Assembly: GCA_021613535.1 (NCBI GenBank)
Contig: CP075495.1
Location: 8,866,001 to 8,930,000, forward strand
Reading direction: 5' to 3'
Length of the DNA stretch: 64,000 nt
DNA from: Adineta vaga
Lineage: Eukaryota; Animalia; Rotifera
Shown: in pieces, positions 27,757 through 46,451 of the stretch
Layout: each line of letters begins with the position of its first letter
Numbering within the stretch: the first letter of the stretch is position 1
Position numbers and translations under genes: made by a program
The notes under the pieces: model-generated
The model's database searches: none
What the model was told of the DNA's origin: nothing
Seen by the model: only the letters and a program-made list of their open reading frames with translations

Positions 27757-28077
27757 ATGTCAACGTCATATAGCTTTTCATTTGGTCTTCTCATTTCATT
27801 ACTTGTAATTCTCTCAATTTCATCAATCTGTCGTCCTATCAATGCTGTTTCAATTCAAAAACGGAATAATCCATATTATGATAGCAGTGAAGACAACGAT
27901 ATTCGATTGATGATCTATCCGAAATATATCAATGTACCACGTCTTCAACGTTCGCCCAGTTATCCACCTCGTACAATTCGTAATTCCTGGTTTCGTGCAT
28001 CTACTTATCAACATATGAAACCAAATGGCGCCGCCGATGAAAAATCTGCCGGAGATAATCTCTTACGATGGGGTTGA
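27757..28077 (+). CDS. Neuropeptide precursor 1 (single C-terminal RWamide peptide), single exon
   Basis: Hydrophobic signal peptide, KR dibasic site, RxxR sites (RLQR, RTIR) and C-terminus GDNLLRW-G-stop (amide donor Gly). TATATAA at about 27662. Confidence 0.85.
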   Translation: MSTSYSFSFGLLISLLVILSISSICRPINAVSIQKRNNPYYDSSEDNDIRLMIYPKYINVPRLQRSPSYPPRTIRNSWFRASTYQHMKPNGAADEKSAGDNLLRWG

Positions 28078-28341
28078 TTAGGATTAATGTTCCAAAAAAG
28101 ATTCATTTTTTCTTTTGCTTTCTAATAAAAACACAAGTGACATCCAAATTAGGTCTATGTCATCTGAGAAGAAGAAGAAAATTTATTAAAATAATGAATA
28201 AATGTCATCTTAATCAACTCAGAATTATTTCAATATATCTAAACACCTACGCATGAAATAAAGTGTAGCTATATATAGAGGGAAAGTTTGATAAATTTAA
28301 TTCACTATGTATTAGAAATATAAGAAGTGATTGGAATCGAA

Positions 28342-28695
28342 ATGCATATCTTCAGTATATCGATTCTATTCTTTGCAATACTTATGCAATTGAATATCAC
28401 AATCATGTCTTTACCATTAGTGTATCATCGAATGAATAGAACTGGTGAAAATATTGAAGAAAACCTGAATATCAAACGATCCGATGATCATACTGCATGG
28501 ATTTTTAGAAGTAGTTCATCGATATGTGATTATCGTCTTCAATTTCGACCTATACCATTAACAGCAACTCATTGTGGATATGGTTCGTAATGAATAAATT
28601 CAGTCGAAGAGATTTTTAGAATCCTTTTCATTTGTTTAGGACATTACAATAAAGGTGATCATGAAAATCAAGTACATCCTTTTAAATATGGTTAA
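28342..28695 (+). CDS. Neuropeptide precursor 2 (C-terminal FKYamide), 2 exons (28342-28582, 28640-28695)
   Basis: Signal peptide MHIFSISILFFAILMQLNITIMS and a KR site. Removing the 57-nt GT-AG intron 28583-28639 gives ...HCGYGHYNKGDHENQVHPFKY-G-stop. AATAAA at about 28718; TATA-like element at about 28270. Confidence 0.8.
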
Positions 28696-29562
28696 TATTG
28701 TTCTTTTCTCAATGTAAAATAAAACAGAAAGAAATTCATTAAACGATCCAATATAATGTAAAATTAGCTCGAAGGTTGAATAAATTACGTTTTCAACTGT
28801 AAAATGCGTAGTTTAAGTTTAGATTTGAGTAACTACGTTTTTTTATCAGATTATTGAAGCTCATTTTTAATGAGTAAGATAAGAATTAGTTCATCTTTAT
28901 ACTCTTTACAGGTCATTTACTCTATATTTTTCTGCGTAAAAGAGCATGGAATAAATCATGAACGTTCATTACTCTACCGATTTCCTGTTTTATTCGTAAC
29001 AACTAGTTCTATTTATATAAAGACTTGAATATTTATTCATATCTCGATTAATCCAGTGTTTTCAATTTTCATATGGTTCTATTGAAAACCAAAACGAATT
29101 AAAATCTATTAAACATCAACAATTTAAATAAAGAAAAAGAAAGAACTGAAAGCAAACAAACAAACAAACAAATAAAACAGAATGTTTATCTATATGATTA
29201 AATATATCTAAAGGAATCTTTTCATCTCGAGAAACTTTCTTTATATAATGTTCTAGATCATAATACAAAGAAGACGAGTGGAACAAAAAAAAAAAGAAGA
29301 AGAAAAAAAAACATAAATAGCAACTAAATCAAGTGAATAAGGAAAAACAAAGATGAAGAAGAAGACAAGTATACAAGTGATTTGTTGTTGATGTTGTTAT
29401 TGTTTTCTTTTTCGTAAACATATACATACACAAATACATGTATATAAGCACTGACAAACAAAATGTGAATACAACAATGGTTGAAATCAAAGAAATGGAC
29501 AAGAAAAGCAATCATATATGTTCGGTTAGTAGATCAGATCATTTTGAAATGTTCGTTTGTTC

Positions 29563-36063
<6,501 letters not shown>

Positions 36064-38024
36064 AATAATAATCAATCTTATTCGTTTCTTTCAATTAGTT
36101 GACCATCATCTAGAGTAATTTGTAATAAATGAAAATAATCAACAAAAACAAAAGTACAACGCCGCCCACACACGAAAAATTTGTCCTCCCATCTTGCTTT
36201 TTTTTCCGTTCTTTCCTCTATACTGCCGTCTGTTTATTAATGATGATGAGTTAACTGACATTAATTGAACTCCTTCTATTATGGCAGAAATACTACTAGC
36301 GCAAGATGTCATCAATAAAGCGCTACATATGACAGATTTCATTCGATGCATGTAGCGACAATATAATTTACAATTGAATATACCCAATGAGTACATGACA
36401 TGACAATTGAAATAGATAGCGCTCGAGTACTAGTTAAGATTTTGTTTTAATTAAAAGAAATCGCAGTTCTCATTCTAAAGCAAAGTTTTAAATTGTATCA
36501 AAAATATTATTTACCTATTTTTGAATTGTTTTTATTTGATAGATCTTTTAATTAATAGAGTTTTTTCAATAGAAATATCGAGCAGAAATGATTAACACCT
36601 AAATGCACTCCACTGCCCTTACGACCCTTATTTGTATTTGTATAGTGGTAATGATAAAATATAACAAAAAAAGAGGAAAGAAAGAAGTGAAAATGAAAAG
36701 AGAGAGAGAGAGAGAATATTTGAGATTATTAATGATTATGAGAATCTATTTACTGCAAGCTATTTTTTTATCTCGAAAATCGTGTACGTAAAAGAGAATA
36801 CCTCGATTTCTTACTGCTGTACACAGTATTACGTAACTATATGACTTGAATATAATTCTTCAAACGTCATTGAATCGATAATGATTTCAAAACTATAAAC
36901 TTTCTAATGATATGAAAAGAACAATAAGATCCTTCTTCAAATGACATCTTGAGAGTGTTAAAATATGAAGTATTCATTATGTAAATTTTCTTTCGAGATC
37001 TTAAGTTAAATAGTAAATACAATCTATATGATTATTAACGGTGAAAATAATTCATGACAGTTATTCATTTTAAGCAAAATTTCCTCTACGTTTTCTTTTG
37101 CTTGGATAAAATTCCTCTACTGTTTTGATCTTCAAAAGATTTCTGTTTATTTCATTATTAATGAACATAGAAAAGCATCAATTACACAATTATAATCTAT
37201 CAAAGATCAATACAGTTTGATGAGAATACATGTCAATCATGTTGATCCATGCTCTTCAACATAAACTTTAGTAATGCTGCAATTCATCGCATAAATATGT
37301 TGTCAAAAAAACAATTCGAAACAACACGAAAAATTTCTCAATTAGATTTTCAATACAATATCTGTAGATTCAATTTTCTAAGTTTAATAGAAGTCTTCAG
37401 AACTATCATTCATATTCGACAAGAATTTAAATATTTGAGCAAGTTTATGAAAATTTAGACATATGTCTGATTGATAAAAAAATACCTAAATCGAGTTGAA
37501 TGAAATGCAAATAATCTATTTTAGAATACGAACGATCTGTTTTTATGTAGACTATTATTAAGTTCAGAAAATGGAACGAAAGTTAATGTTGTGTTACTCG
37601 AATAAACAATGAAAACAGCTCGACGAAATTTGGAAAAGAAGTTTGTTTCATAAGACGAAACGGAATCATTAATTTCCCATCCTATGGGATATAATGGTTC
37701 TATTCCATGTGGAGTGGTGATTTCGTCATTTGAATTTAGTTTGCTTCATTTACTTTCGATGGTAAAACTACGAAATTTAGTATTCATTTTCCTGTTACTA
37801 ATATGTATTGATGAGCGATATATTGATTTAACTCGAACAAATATCAATAGATTATTTTCATAAAATAAACACGAATTAGACTAACAATTCTAGTCTAATC
37901 TTCGTATAATTTATTGTCTAGAGAATATATGACATCAAATTGTCTTTCTTTCTTTCTTTCTAGCAAAATGAAAAATATATATATATATATATGTTAACAA
38001 AAATATTGAGAATGAAAACATCTA

Positions 38025-40162
38025 TTAAACAGTACTCTCAATACGATCAAGTGCTTCGTCTAGGTTGCCTCCTTGAGAACTGATGAGTTTTTGTTTTTGT
38101 GATAGTTCAATATAACTATTTCCGGTTGACATTGTTGTTGGTGTTAAACTCAAATAATTTACTTGCTGATTGTCATCGATAGATGTATCATGCTGTTGTT
38201 GTTGTTGTTGTTGTTGTTTTTCAGATTCGGTTTTCGTTTGTCGTCGATGATTGATACTATTTGTTGTTGGACGTGTAAATTTAAAATATTTTCGAAATGG
38301 TGTTTGTTGAAGAATTTCACTAATAACTTGATAAACTTCTTGACGAAATTTTTTTCCCGTTAGAAAATAAATATAAAATTCGAGAACCGTATCAATTAAT
38401 GTTAACATACGTAAGATAAGATAAACATTCGAAATTTTGATATCTTCAGTAAAACCTGAACTATAAGAACGACGACTTGATTTAACATAAACATAAGTAC
38501 TTGCAATACTGTTTGTCGTTAAAAAAACACAACTTGTTGTTAAAGTAATTGTCGTTTCATAACTAACATCTTTCTTTGTTATTTCTGTTGTTGCATGTTT
38601 TGATGATGATGATGCTGATGGATCTAAAGGTATGACATCTTTTGATACAACCGAATGTTTATCATTACGGACAGAATTGATTCGAGATAAACGATCAGGT
38701 GAAGGATTTTTGAGTACACGAACAATGATGATAACATTTGTTATAGCAACAATTGCAAATGGAATCAATGATGAAACAATAAAGTTAACTATTGGAGCAT
38801 TGTATGATAATTCTCCCATTGATTGAAAACCATTGTAAGAGAAATAACCCATTTGACGTCCGAATAAAACATTACAATAAGTAAATGTACTATTTTTATA
38901 GTCACTATCTATTGTTGTTACAAGATCAGGATAATAGAAAAGATGCCAATTATATAAAACACCACATATCATCATTAAGAGAATGAGCGCCGAAACATGA
39001 CGTGGTGTTGGTTGAGGTAAATATTTTGAATGTATGATAGTAGCAAGACGAATTGTACCAGCAAGAATAACAAAACCAACAGACCACGATACGAATATAT
39101 CACTACTACGTGATAGTATACAAATCACTCTTGATGCATTTAATTGTTCATCTTGAACGAAAATTTTTGTTTCAAATATAAATGTCCAAAGTAATGGAAC
39201 AAAATCAAAGATTGTCTTTAATAATAATAATAAACCAGTCGATGTACCACGAAGCTAAAGAACAAAATCAACTAGACTTCAACTTAAAACCAAACAGATA
39301 CAAACCGGTTTACGAAGAAAAATAATACAATTAAAAACTTTGCCAAACAAACCGAATGTAATAAGAACGATGCATATGATTTGAACTATTTGTGCATATC
39401 TAATAAGATAAAGATGTGTTTTTTATTCATATTTATACTGTAAATTCTAAGAAAATCAATTTCATTATTATTAACTAACATAATCTTGTCTATTTTTATA
39501 TCCAGTCGAATCAACAGACATTTTAAAAAAACTGCGTTTCAAACGATTTTCTGCCTGGATAGTTGTAACGTTGCACGGCAGCTGTAATAATACTTCATTT
39601 GATCGCATGTTTATGTGCATACAAATGATTTCGTTTGTTTTGTTTCTCTCGATTAAATATTCATTCTATCGCATTGACATATAATTAATTCAATATTCAA
39701 AATCTCTTCGAATTTCTGTATTCTTTTTTCTCATGGTTATATCTGATTCTTTCTTGTAAAAATTTGTTTTGATGTTAGATACATCTGATGCATTCGTAAA
39801 CATATTGTTTATATTTGAACGCATTGTTCGGTGTCATATGTATATGTCCTTTACTAAGCTGCTGTCAATCTTCTACGAGTATTGGAATATATAAGTAGAA
39901 AATCAAATCTCCGTTAATACATTTATCAATTGTAGAATAAATCTAAACAATGGAATTTCTTCTATTCCCATAAGACAATCTAATCTGATTGATGATTAAT
40001 ATTTGATTTTATATACTTCTCTGCAGTATTGTGAATTAATGTTGTACGACTTGCAGAACATTGATTTATACATTCAATATCATATGAATTATTTCCAACA
40101 CGTGCACCACTTGTATTAGTACTTGGACATGATTTAATACAATTAACAATATCGTCACCCAT
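38025..40162 (-). CDS. Divergent rhodopsin-class 7TM receptor (orphan), 3 exons (about 40162-40019, 39399-39306, 39255-38025)
   Basis: Seven hydrophobic segments, including TM1 IICIVLITFGLFGKVFNCIIFLRKP|LRGTSTGLLL, TM5 SSLIPFAIVAITNVIII and TM7-helix 8 EFYIYFLTGKKFRQE. Poly-Q C-terminal tail. Confidence 0.8.
38194..38217. repeat. (TTG)n repeat encoding poly-Gln in the GPCR tail
   Basis: tgttgttgttgttgttgttgttg on the + strand; reads as a Q run on the - strand. Confidence 0.8.
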
Positions 40163-42611
40163 TCATTCAATAAAATACAATTCTAATATACTTTATCATG
40201 AAGTAAAAAAAGATGCTATCTAGAAAGAGACGAAAAACGAATTAAAATTAAAAATTTATATAAAATCTTAAAGATGAATAAAATACACAAAAAGATAAAA
40301 GAAGAATTATCTTCAGCATTAGCGTGTATTTGTCTTAACGCTTCACTTTTATTAAATCGTATTTCCATCCTGACAACTCTTCGCTATTTTTCTTCTCTCT
40401 CTCTCTCTTCCTGTGGATGTATAAAAGAAGCATTGACTTAGAAAAAGCAACACGATTAGGAAACAGAGAGAGAGAGGAATAGAGAAAAAGAGAAAAAAAT
40501 CACTCTATACTGTCTGGCCTCCGTTTATTCGATAATTATGTCGATGACGAACAATATAATCTACAATTAAACTCAATTGGTAATAATTCGTTAATTAGTG
40601 TCTTTCAAAAGTAATTCCTATTTTGATATATATTAACAAATAATAATATTAGCTGACGTACATTTTATATCTAACAGATATTTCATTCAATACAAGAAAA
40701 AAAGAAGAAGAAGATTGTACTTATCTTTTGACGAATATCTATTAATAAAAATGAAGAAGAATATAACAATGCTAAAGAAATAGAAAGACAAGGAAATATG
40801 CTTCGACAATTTTTGTAGAGTTAACACTACTCAATAGATTGTTTCTTTTCTCTTTGTGTTGGTTAGAATAAATTACATTCAATCTTTATTCTCGACTATA
40901 AGCGTAATTTGCAAAGCAAAGAAAAACAAACTCGTATTCATATATCCAACGAAATAAAAGTCAAATAGATCTTAAAAAGTATTCGTGACAAGTGATTATT
41001 ATTTTTTATTCTTACGATGATCAAGAATCCATATGTTTGTATGTCAAACGCAAGTCACTCTCGATCTAACTAAATTGACCGAAAGATAATCTAATTAGAG
41101 CTTAATGTTTTCTGTCGCAAACTAAGATATATATATATATATATATGTAACTATCGAATTAATGTTCGTATACATATAAAATATTGAAAAATAAACAGAA
41201 AATTTTGTTTTTCTCATCTAATGATATTCCTATTTGTAATATAAAAACTCATCTGTCATTTCTGTCGTCTTAAATGTGCTTTGTCTTCTCCCACTAAGAA
41301 GTTAATTCAGTTTATATAAATACATGAAAAGTTCAGTAAATATGTCATCAAAAAGAAAATGTCATTTGTCATCTATTTATGATTGATATATAAGAAAGAT
41401 GATAAGCGATCAGGCTAAAGTAGTCTGTTTTGCTTCTGGTGAAACAAAATAATTCATATAAATTCAAATAATTACATCGCATATTTCTGATGAAAAAATA
41501 CCTATATATATATTCTTCTTCTTCTTCTTGATAGTCAAGCCAGGAAAGAATTGCCTGAGACTAACTAGAATATTGAAGTGTATCTTCGTCTTTTTCTTTT
41601 CGTCGACTTATCTAGTAAGTGGATCGATGCTACAGAAGAACTTTAAATGAATATCTTTTTTTTTTCTTTTCTTCTTTTCTTTTTCTTCTTCAATAGAAAA
41701 AAAAATGTATTATTAGTTTTTTTTTCATAATTAAAGAGAAACTATCTTTCTTCAACTATATCAGATGAATAGATAATACTAAGCTTTTGTAATCTTATTT
41801 TTTTTTTTGTAAATAGAACATTTATAATATAATCTGTGTTTTTTCCTGTGTTATTATCATTCGAGAAAAATGAAAAGGAAATTCTATTAATCGTAATTTT
41901 TCTGTTTCATCAAAAGAGTTTCTCACTTCATCGACAAGAAAAACAATTGTCTAATGTAACCGAGTGAAGACACTTATACTCATTCGTTTATAAAGATCTT
42001 CTATTTCTTCATTTTACTTCGTCGACTGTCTAATGATTCTAGAAAGAAGCATCAAATCTCTCTGAAAGATTCTTTTCTTTGTATCATTTAAGTGCGACCC
42101 TATCGATTACATTCATAGACTCAAAGACAATAGTGAATGGAAAGAAAGAGAAAAGAAATACAGTATTCTATTTCTCGTTAGATAGATTTCGATCGTCGTT
42201 TATTATGATTATTATTATGATTATTACTATTGTTGTTGTTATTATTGTTGTAAGAAGAATCTCTATTTCTGTCTAGTTTTCGATAATAGAGTTAAAATAC
42301 AATAGTTGATCGATGTCTGAATTGTTGATAATCGTTGCATGAAAAGAAGACGTTCAGTTCGGTGAAATATATTCATATTTTATTCAAATAAATATTGCTG
42401 ATTGATGTATGCACGAATACAAAATAAAAACATCAATTACAAAACAACGATGACTAGAGATTTCGTTTATGACTGAGCAAAGAAGAGATACATTAATATA
42501 TAGATATATATATATATATGTGGAAATAGAAAGAAAGAATGAAAATGACTCATAGACGAATACTGTTCATTGATATTTGATAATAGGATGAAAAATAGTT
42601 TTCATTCACAA

Positions 42612-44230
42612 TTAAGCCCATACCTATAAAAGATAGAAAGCATGAGATTTTTTATTAAGTTAGTATTGCAAGCTTACTCGAATTGTACAATCCCAAGAGC
42701 CAGTACCTAAAGCAGTACCATCTGGAGAAACTTTCAATGAACTAACACGATTTTCATGACCATATAGAGTTGCAACACGTGAACCTTTCAATGTATCCCA
42801 AACATTAATACAATAATCACTGTATCCACCAAAAAGAAGTCGACCTAAATAGAATAGAATTTATAGGAATATGATAGAAATAAAAATCTCTTTAATCAAT
42901 TCTTACCACTCAATGAGAAATCTATAGCATTACAAGAAAAAATGATTGATTCTTTTTTAAATATGGCAACTTGTCGATCAGCTCGTAAATCGAATAAGCG
43001 ACACTAATCGAAAAAGAATAGTAATAAAGAAAAAAAATCTATTTTTTATATATTACAGTTGCATCATCTGATGCTGAAACAAATGCATCACCACTGGGAT
43101 AGAATCGAACAGCATTTACATCAGATTCATGACCTTCAAATGTTTGAACATAAGCACCTGTTCGAATATCCCACACCATTGCTATATGATCAGAACTCTG
43201 AAGAATAACAAATAAGATAATGAGAAGAAAAGAAAAGAAAAGAATTATGCCATTTACTCCAGATACGAAGATATTTCCAGCTTCCGATGGTGATATATCA
43301 ATACCCATAACATCAGCTTGATGACCTTGGAATGTTTGAATAGCTACACTACTTTCAATATCCCATAATTTCGCTGTACTATCACCACTTGCTGTCAACA
43401 ACTAAAATAAAACATACATTCATTTCTTCGAAAATTTCTCGATCTAAATATCTTGTATATATAGAAAAGTCTTTAATCTATAAGAAGGTCATGTGTTACG
43501 TCTCTTACAATAGAAAAGTTTCAACAGTATTAATATACTGTAGGCGAAGATTTTTACCTGTTGATCCGAATGCATAAATTTACATGATGATATATAATTA
43601 GCATGTGTTGCAACAACTTTTTTCTGTTTATTCGCATCATCATCAGCCGATAATGGATATAACGTTAATTTATTATCTAATCCTCTAGAAAATCAATTAA
43701 ATTATTACACACTTCTGTCAAAATTGTTCTATTTTTTTATCAATAATACATACCCACAAGCCACAGTTGTTGCTGATGGTGAATAGGCACAGGCAAGTAC
43801 CCATGTTGTTGACATTGTAATAGCATGCTACGAAATAAAATAAAGTTTTCTTATGATTTTATTTTTTAATATGAACCTCTTTATTCGTTGTAAATGCATC
43901 CCAAACAATTAATTTTCCATCTTGCGATGTGCTAACCATATGTCGTTTGTCATTGGACCAATCAAGAGCTAAAACTTTTCCCTGATGACCTTTTAATATT
44001 CGTCGTGATTTTGTAGCAAATGGTGGTAATGAATCAAGTTTTTCGGCAATCGTTGTTACTGAAACGAAGAAAAAGATTTTCTTGAAAAAATGAATAAGAA
44101 AAAAAAGTAATTTACATTCCATATCATTAAATTTTGCTCGTTCTTCTTCTAGTCGAGATTTTAATGATTCAGCTTCACGAACAAGATCATCGATCGATTC
44201 AGTTCCATTACGTTCAACTACCATTGCCAT
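42612..44230 (-). CDS. GNB5: G-protein beta-5 subunit, multi-exon
   Basis: [47 protein letters not shown]|[23 protein letters not shown] and [11 protein letters not shown]|VWA*. The LEEERAK and GNIFVSG segments distinguish beta-5 from beta-1-4. Confidence 0.93.
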
Positions 44231-44413
44231 AATTATCAATGACAATCTGATCAGAAGCAAAATGAGAAGAAAAACAACTTATCTTCTTCACGACTCCATA
44301 GTTTATTCTATGGAATCTGACAGTCAACAGACAAAATCGTTGTCAAGTATGGCGATAACAACATACGATAGAGAATAGAATCAAGTATTCATTCATTCCT
44401 TTTTTCCTCAGAG
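44231..44413. promoter_or_regulatory. Probable bidirectional promoter GNB5/WDR92
   Basis: Divergent ATGs only about 183 bp apart, each preceded by a pyrimidine tract plus AG. Confidence 0.5.
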
Positions 44414-45847
44414 ATGGACAAGCCACAAATTATTTTACATAGTCAAAATCGGTTAATTATACTGTATTTGATGTCAAATGGATTCCAACATCGGCTAAAT
44501 TTATTTCTCTAGGAAATCATGCACGTGGAACAGGTGCTTTAGATATATTTGAAATAACACATGGTGATATTGCACTCGTTTCACAGGTATAAAAAACAGA
44601 AAAATCAAATTCGCAACTAGATTTTTCAAGGATTTTATTTTCTCTATATTTAGTATGAAAAACCTTCGGCTTTTAAATGTGGAACATTTGGAGCATCACC
44701 AACACGAGAGAAAAGACATTTAGCAACGGGAAATTTTGATGGTTATATTCAAGTTTGGTAAGAAAATTTGTATTTTTATTTTTTATAATTTTTCTATTGC
44801 TATCTAATCATTTTCAGGGATTTAGAAAAAATTGAAAAGCCAATTTATTCTGTCAAAGGTCATAAAGAAATTATCAATGCTATTGATGCAGCTGGAGGAT
44901 TAGGAATTGGTGAAGGTGCACCAGAAATAGCAACTGCTAGTCGAGATGGTATGATAGTCATTGATTGAACTTTATACATATATATATGTTTGTTTGTGTG
45001 TGTGTGCGTATTGATAGGAAGTGTTCATATATGGGATACAAGACAAGCAGATGCTGCTGTCGCTAGTATGGAACCCGCTGAAGGTGAAACAAAACGTGAT
45101 TGTTGGGCAGTTTGTTTTGGTAATGCGTTTAATTCCAGTGAACGTGTTGTTTGTGCTGGTTATGATAATGGTGATGTGAAATTATTCGATTTAAGATCAA
45201 TGTCTCTTCGATGGGAAACTAATATTAAAAATGGAGTAAGTTTATTAATGATATTTATTTAGATTATGAACGATTTTGTTTAGGTATGTTGTTTAGAATT
45301 TGATCGAAAAGATATTGAAATGAATAAACTTGTTGCAACAACATTAGAAAGTAAAATCCATGTATTTGATATGAAAACACAGCATAAAGAAAAAGGTTTT
45401 GCATCAGTAGTAGAAAAAGTAAACCAATCAATTTGAACTCATGTTCTTTCTAAGAAATATTCTTGTTCTCTTTCATTTTTTAAGGCTCATAATTCAACTG
45501 TTTGGATTGGTCGACATTTACCCCAAAATCGTGATGTATTTATGACATGTGGTGGTTCAGGTTCATACTATCTATGGAAATAGTAACTAAAAATAAATCA
45601 CTCTAGAGAATTAATACGTGCTTTTCTTTTTTTTCGTAGTAATTATCCTGAAAAACGTACTATGACTCAAACTGATAAAACGGAGGTTGGTGTAGCTGGT
45701 ACATTAACACTTCTTCAAAATATTGGCCTATCCACTCAACCAGCAAGTGCATTCGATTGGAGTTTAGATAAAGCTGGTTTGGCTTGTACATCAGCATTCG
45801 ATCAAACTGTTCGTGTATTGATTACTACTAAACTGAATTCCATTTAA
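44414..45847 (+). CDS. WDR92: WD-repeat protein 92 (dynein axonemal assembly factor 10), multi-exon; 1-nt frameshift at about 44445-44448 in this sequence
   Basis: [11 protein letters not shown] then, in a shifted frame, [26 protein letters not shown]. Also [65 protein letters not shown] and [12 protein letters not shown]. Confidence 0.92.
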
Positions 45848-46451
45848 TCTTAGGTTCTTTACTTGTATTTTCGCATTGTTACGCTTCGTTATATCTCACA
45901 TATCAAAAGCATAAACCTTTTCTCTCTTCGTTTTCATTCATTCACATTATTGATGCTTTTCGTTTTTTTTTATCAATTTTTGCTGTTTTTTGTTTTATTT
46001 CAAACGAGACAAAAAAGAACGAATAAAGACAGAAGAAAATCCATGGTTGTTGTGCAGTTCTGATCAATCTTATTACTAACATAGAGAATTAGAATAAAAT
46101 CTACTCAGACATAGAATAAAGATGTTTAAACATATACACATGAAATCGAACACAAAAGAAAGCACACGCATACATATATATATATAGGAATCATATGAAT
46201 GAGTTCAATACTGTCTACCGATGATCGCAGACAGAATAAAACAAACAAACAGATACACAGCAAGAAAAGAGTTAAAACATAACACCGGAAAGAAAAACAA
46301 AGAAGTCTCTTTCTTCTAGTTTGAATGATAGAGATGAATACAAGAACAACGTCAGTAAAAGAAACAAAGTTTTATTCTCAAACGCAAAAAAAGAAGTAGT
46401 AGTTTAAGAATATGGGAAACGAAAGAAAAACAAACAAAAAACAAAACTCGT

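Noticed and set aside
27570-27842. 90-aa minus-strand ORF overlapping neuropeptide precursor 1
   Set aside because: Antisense to a gene with clear signal peptide and amidation features; no motif of its own.
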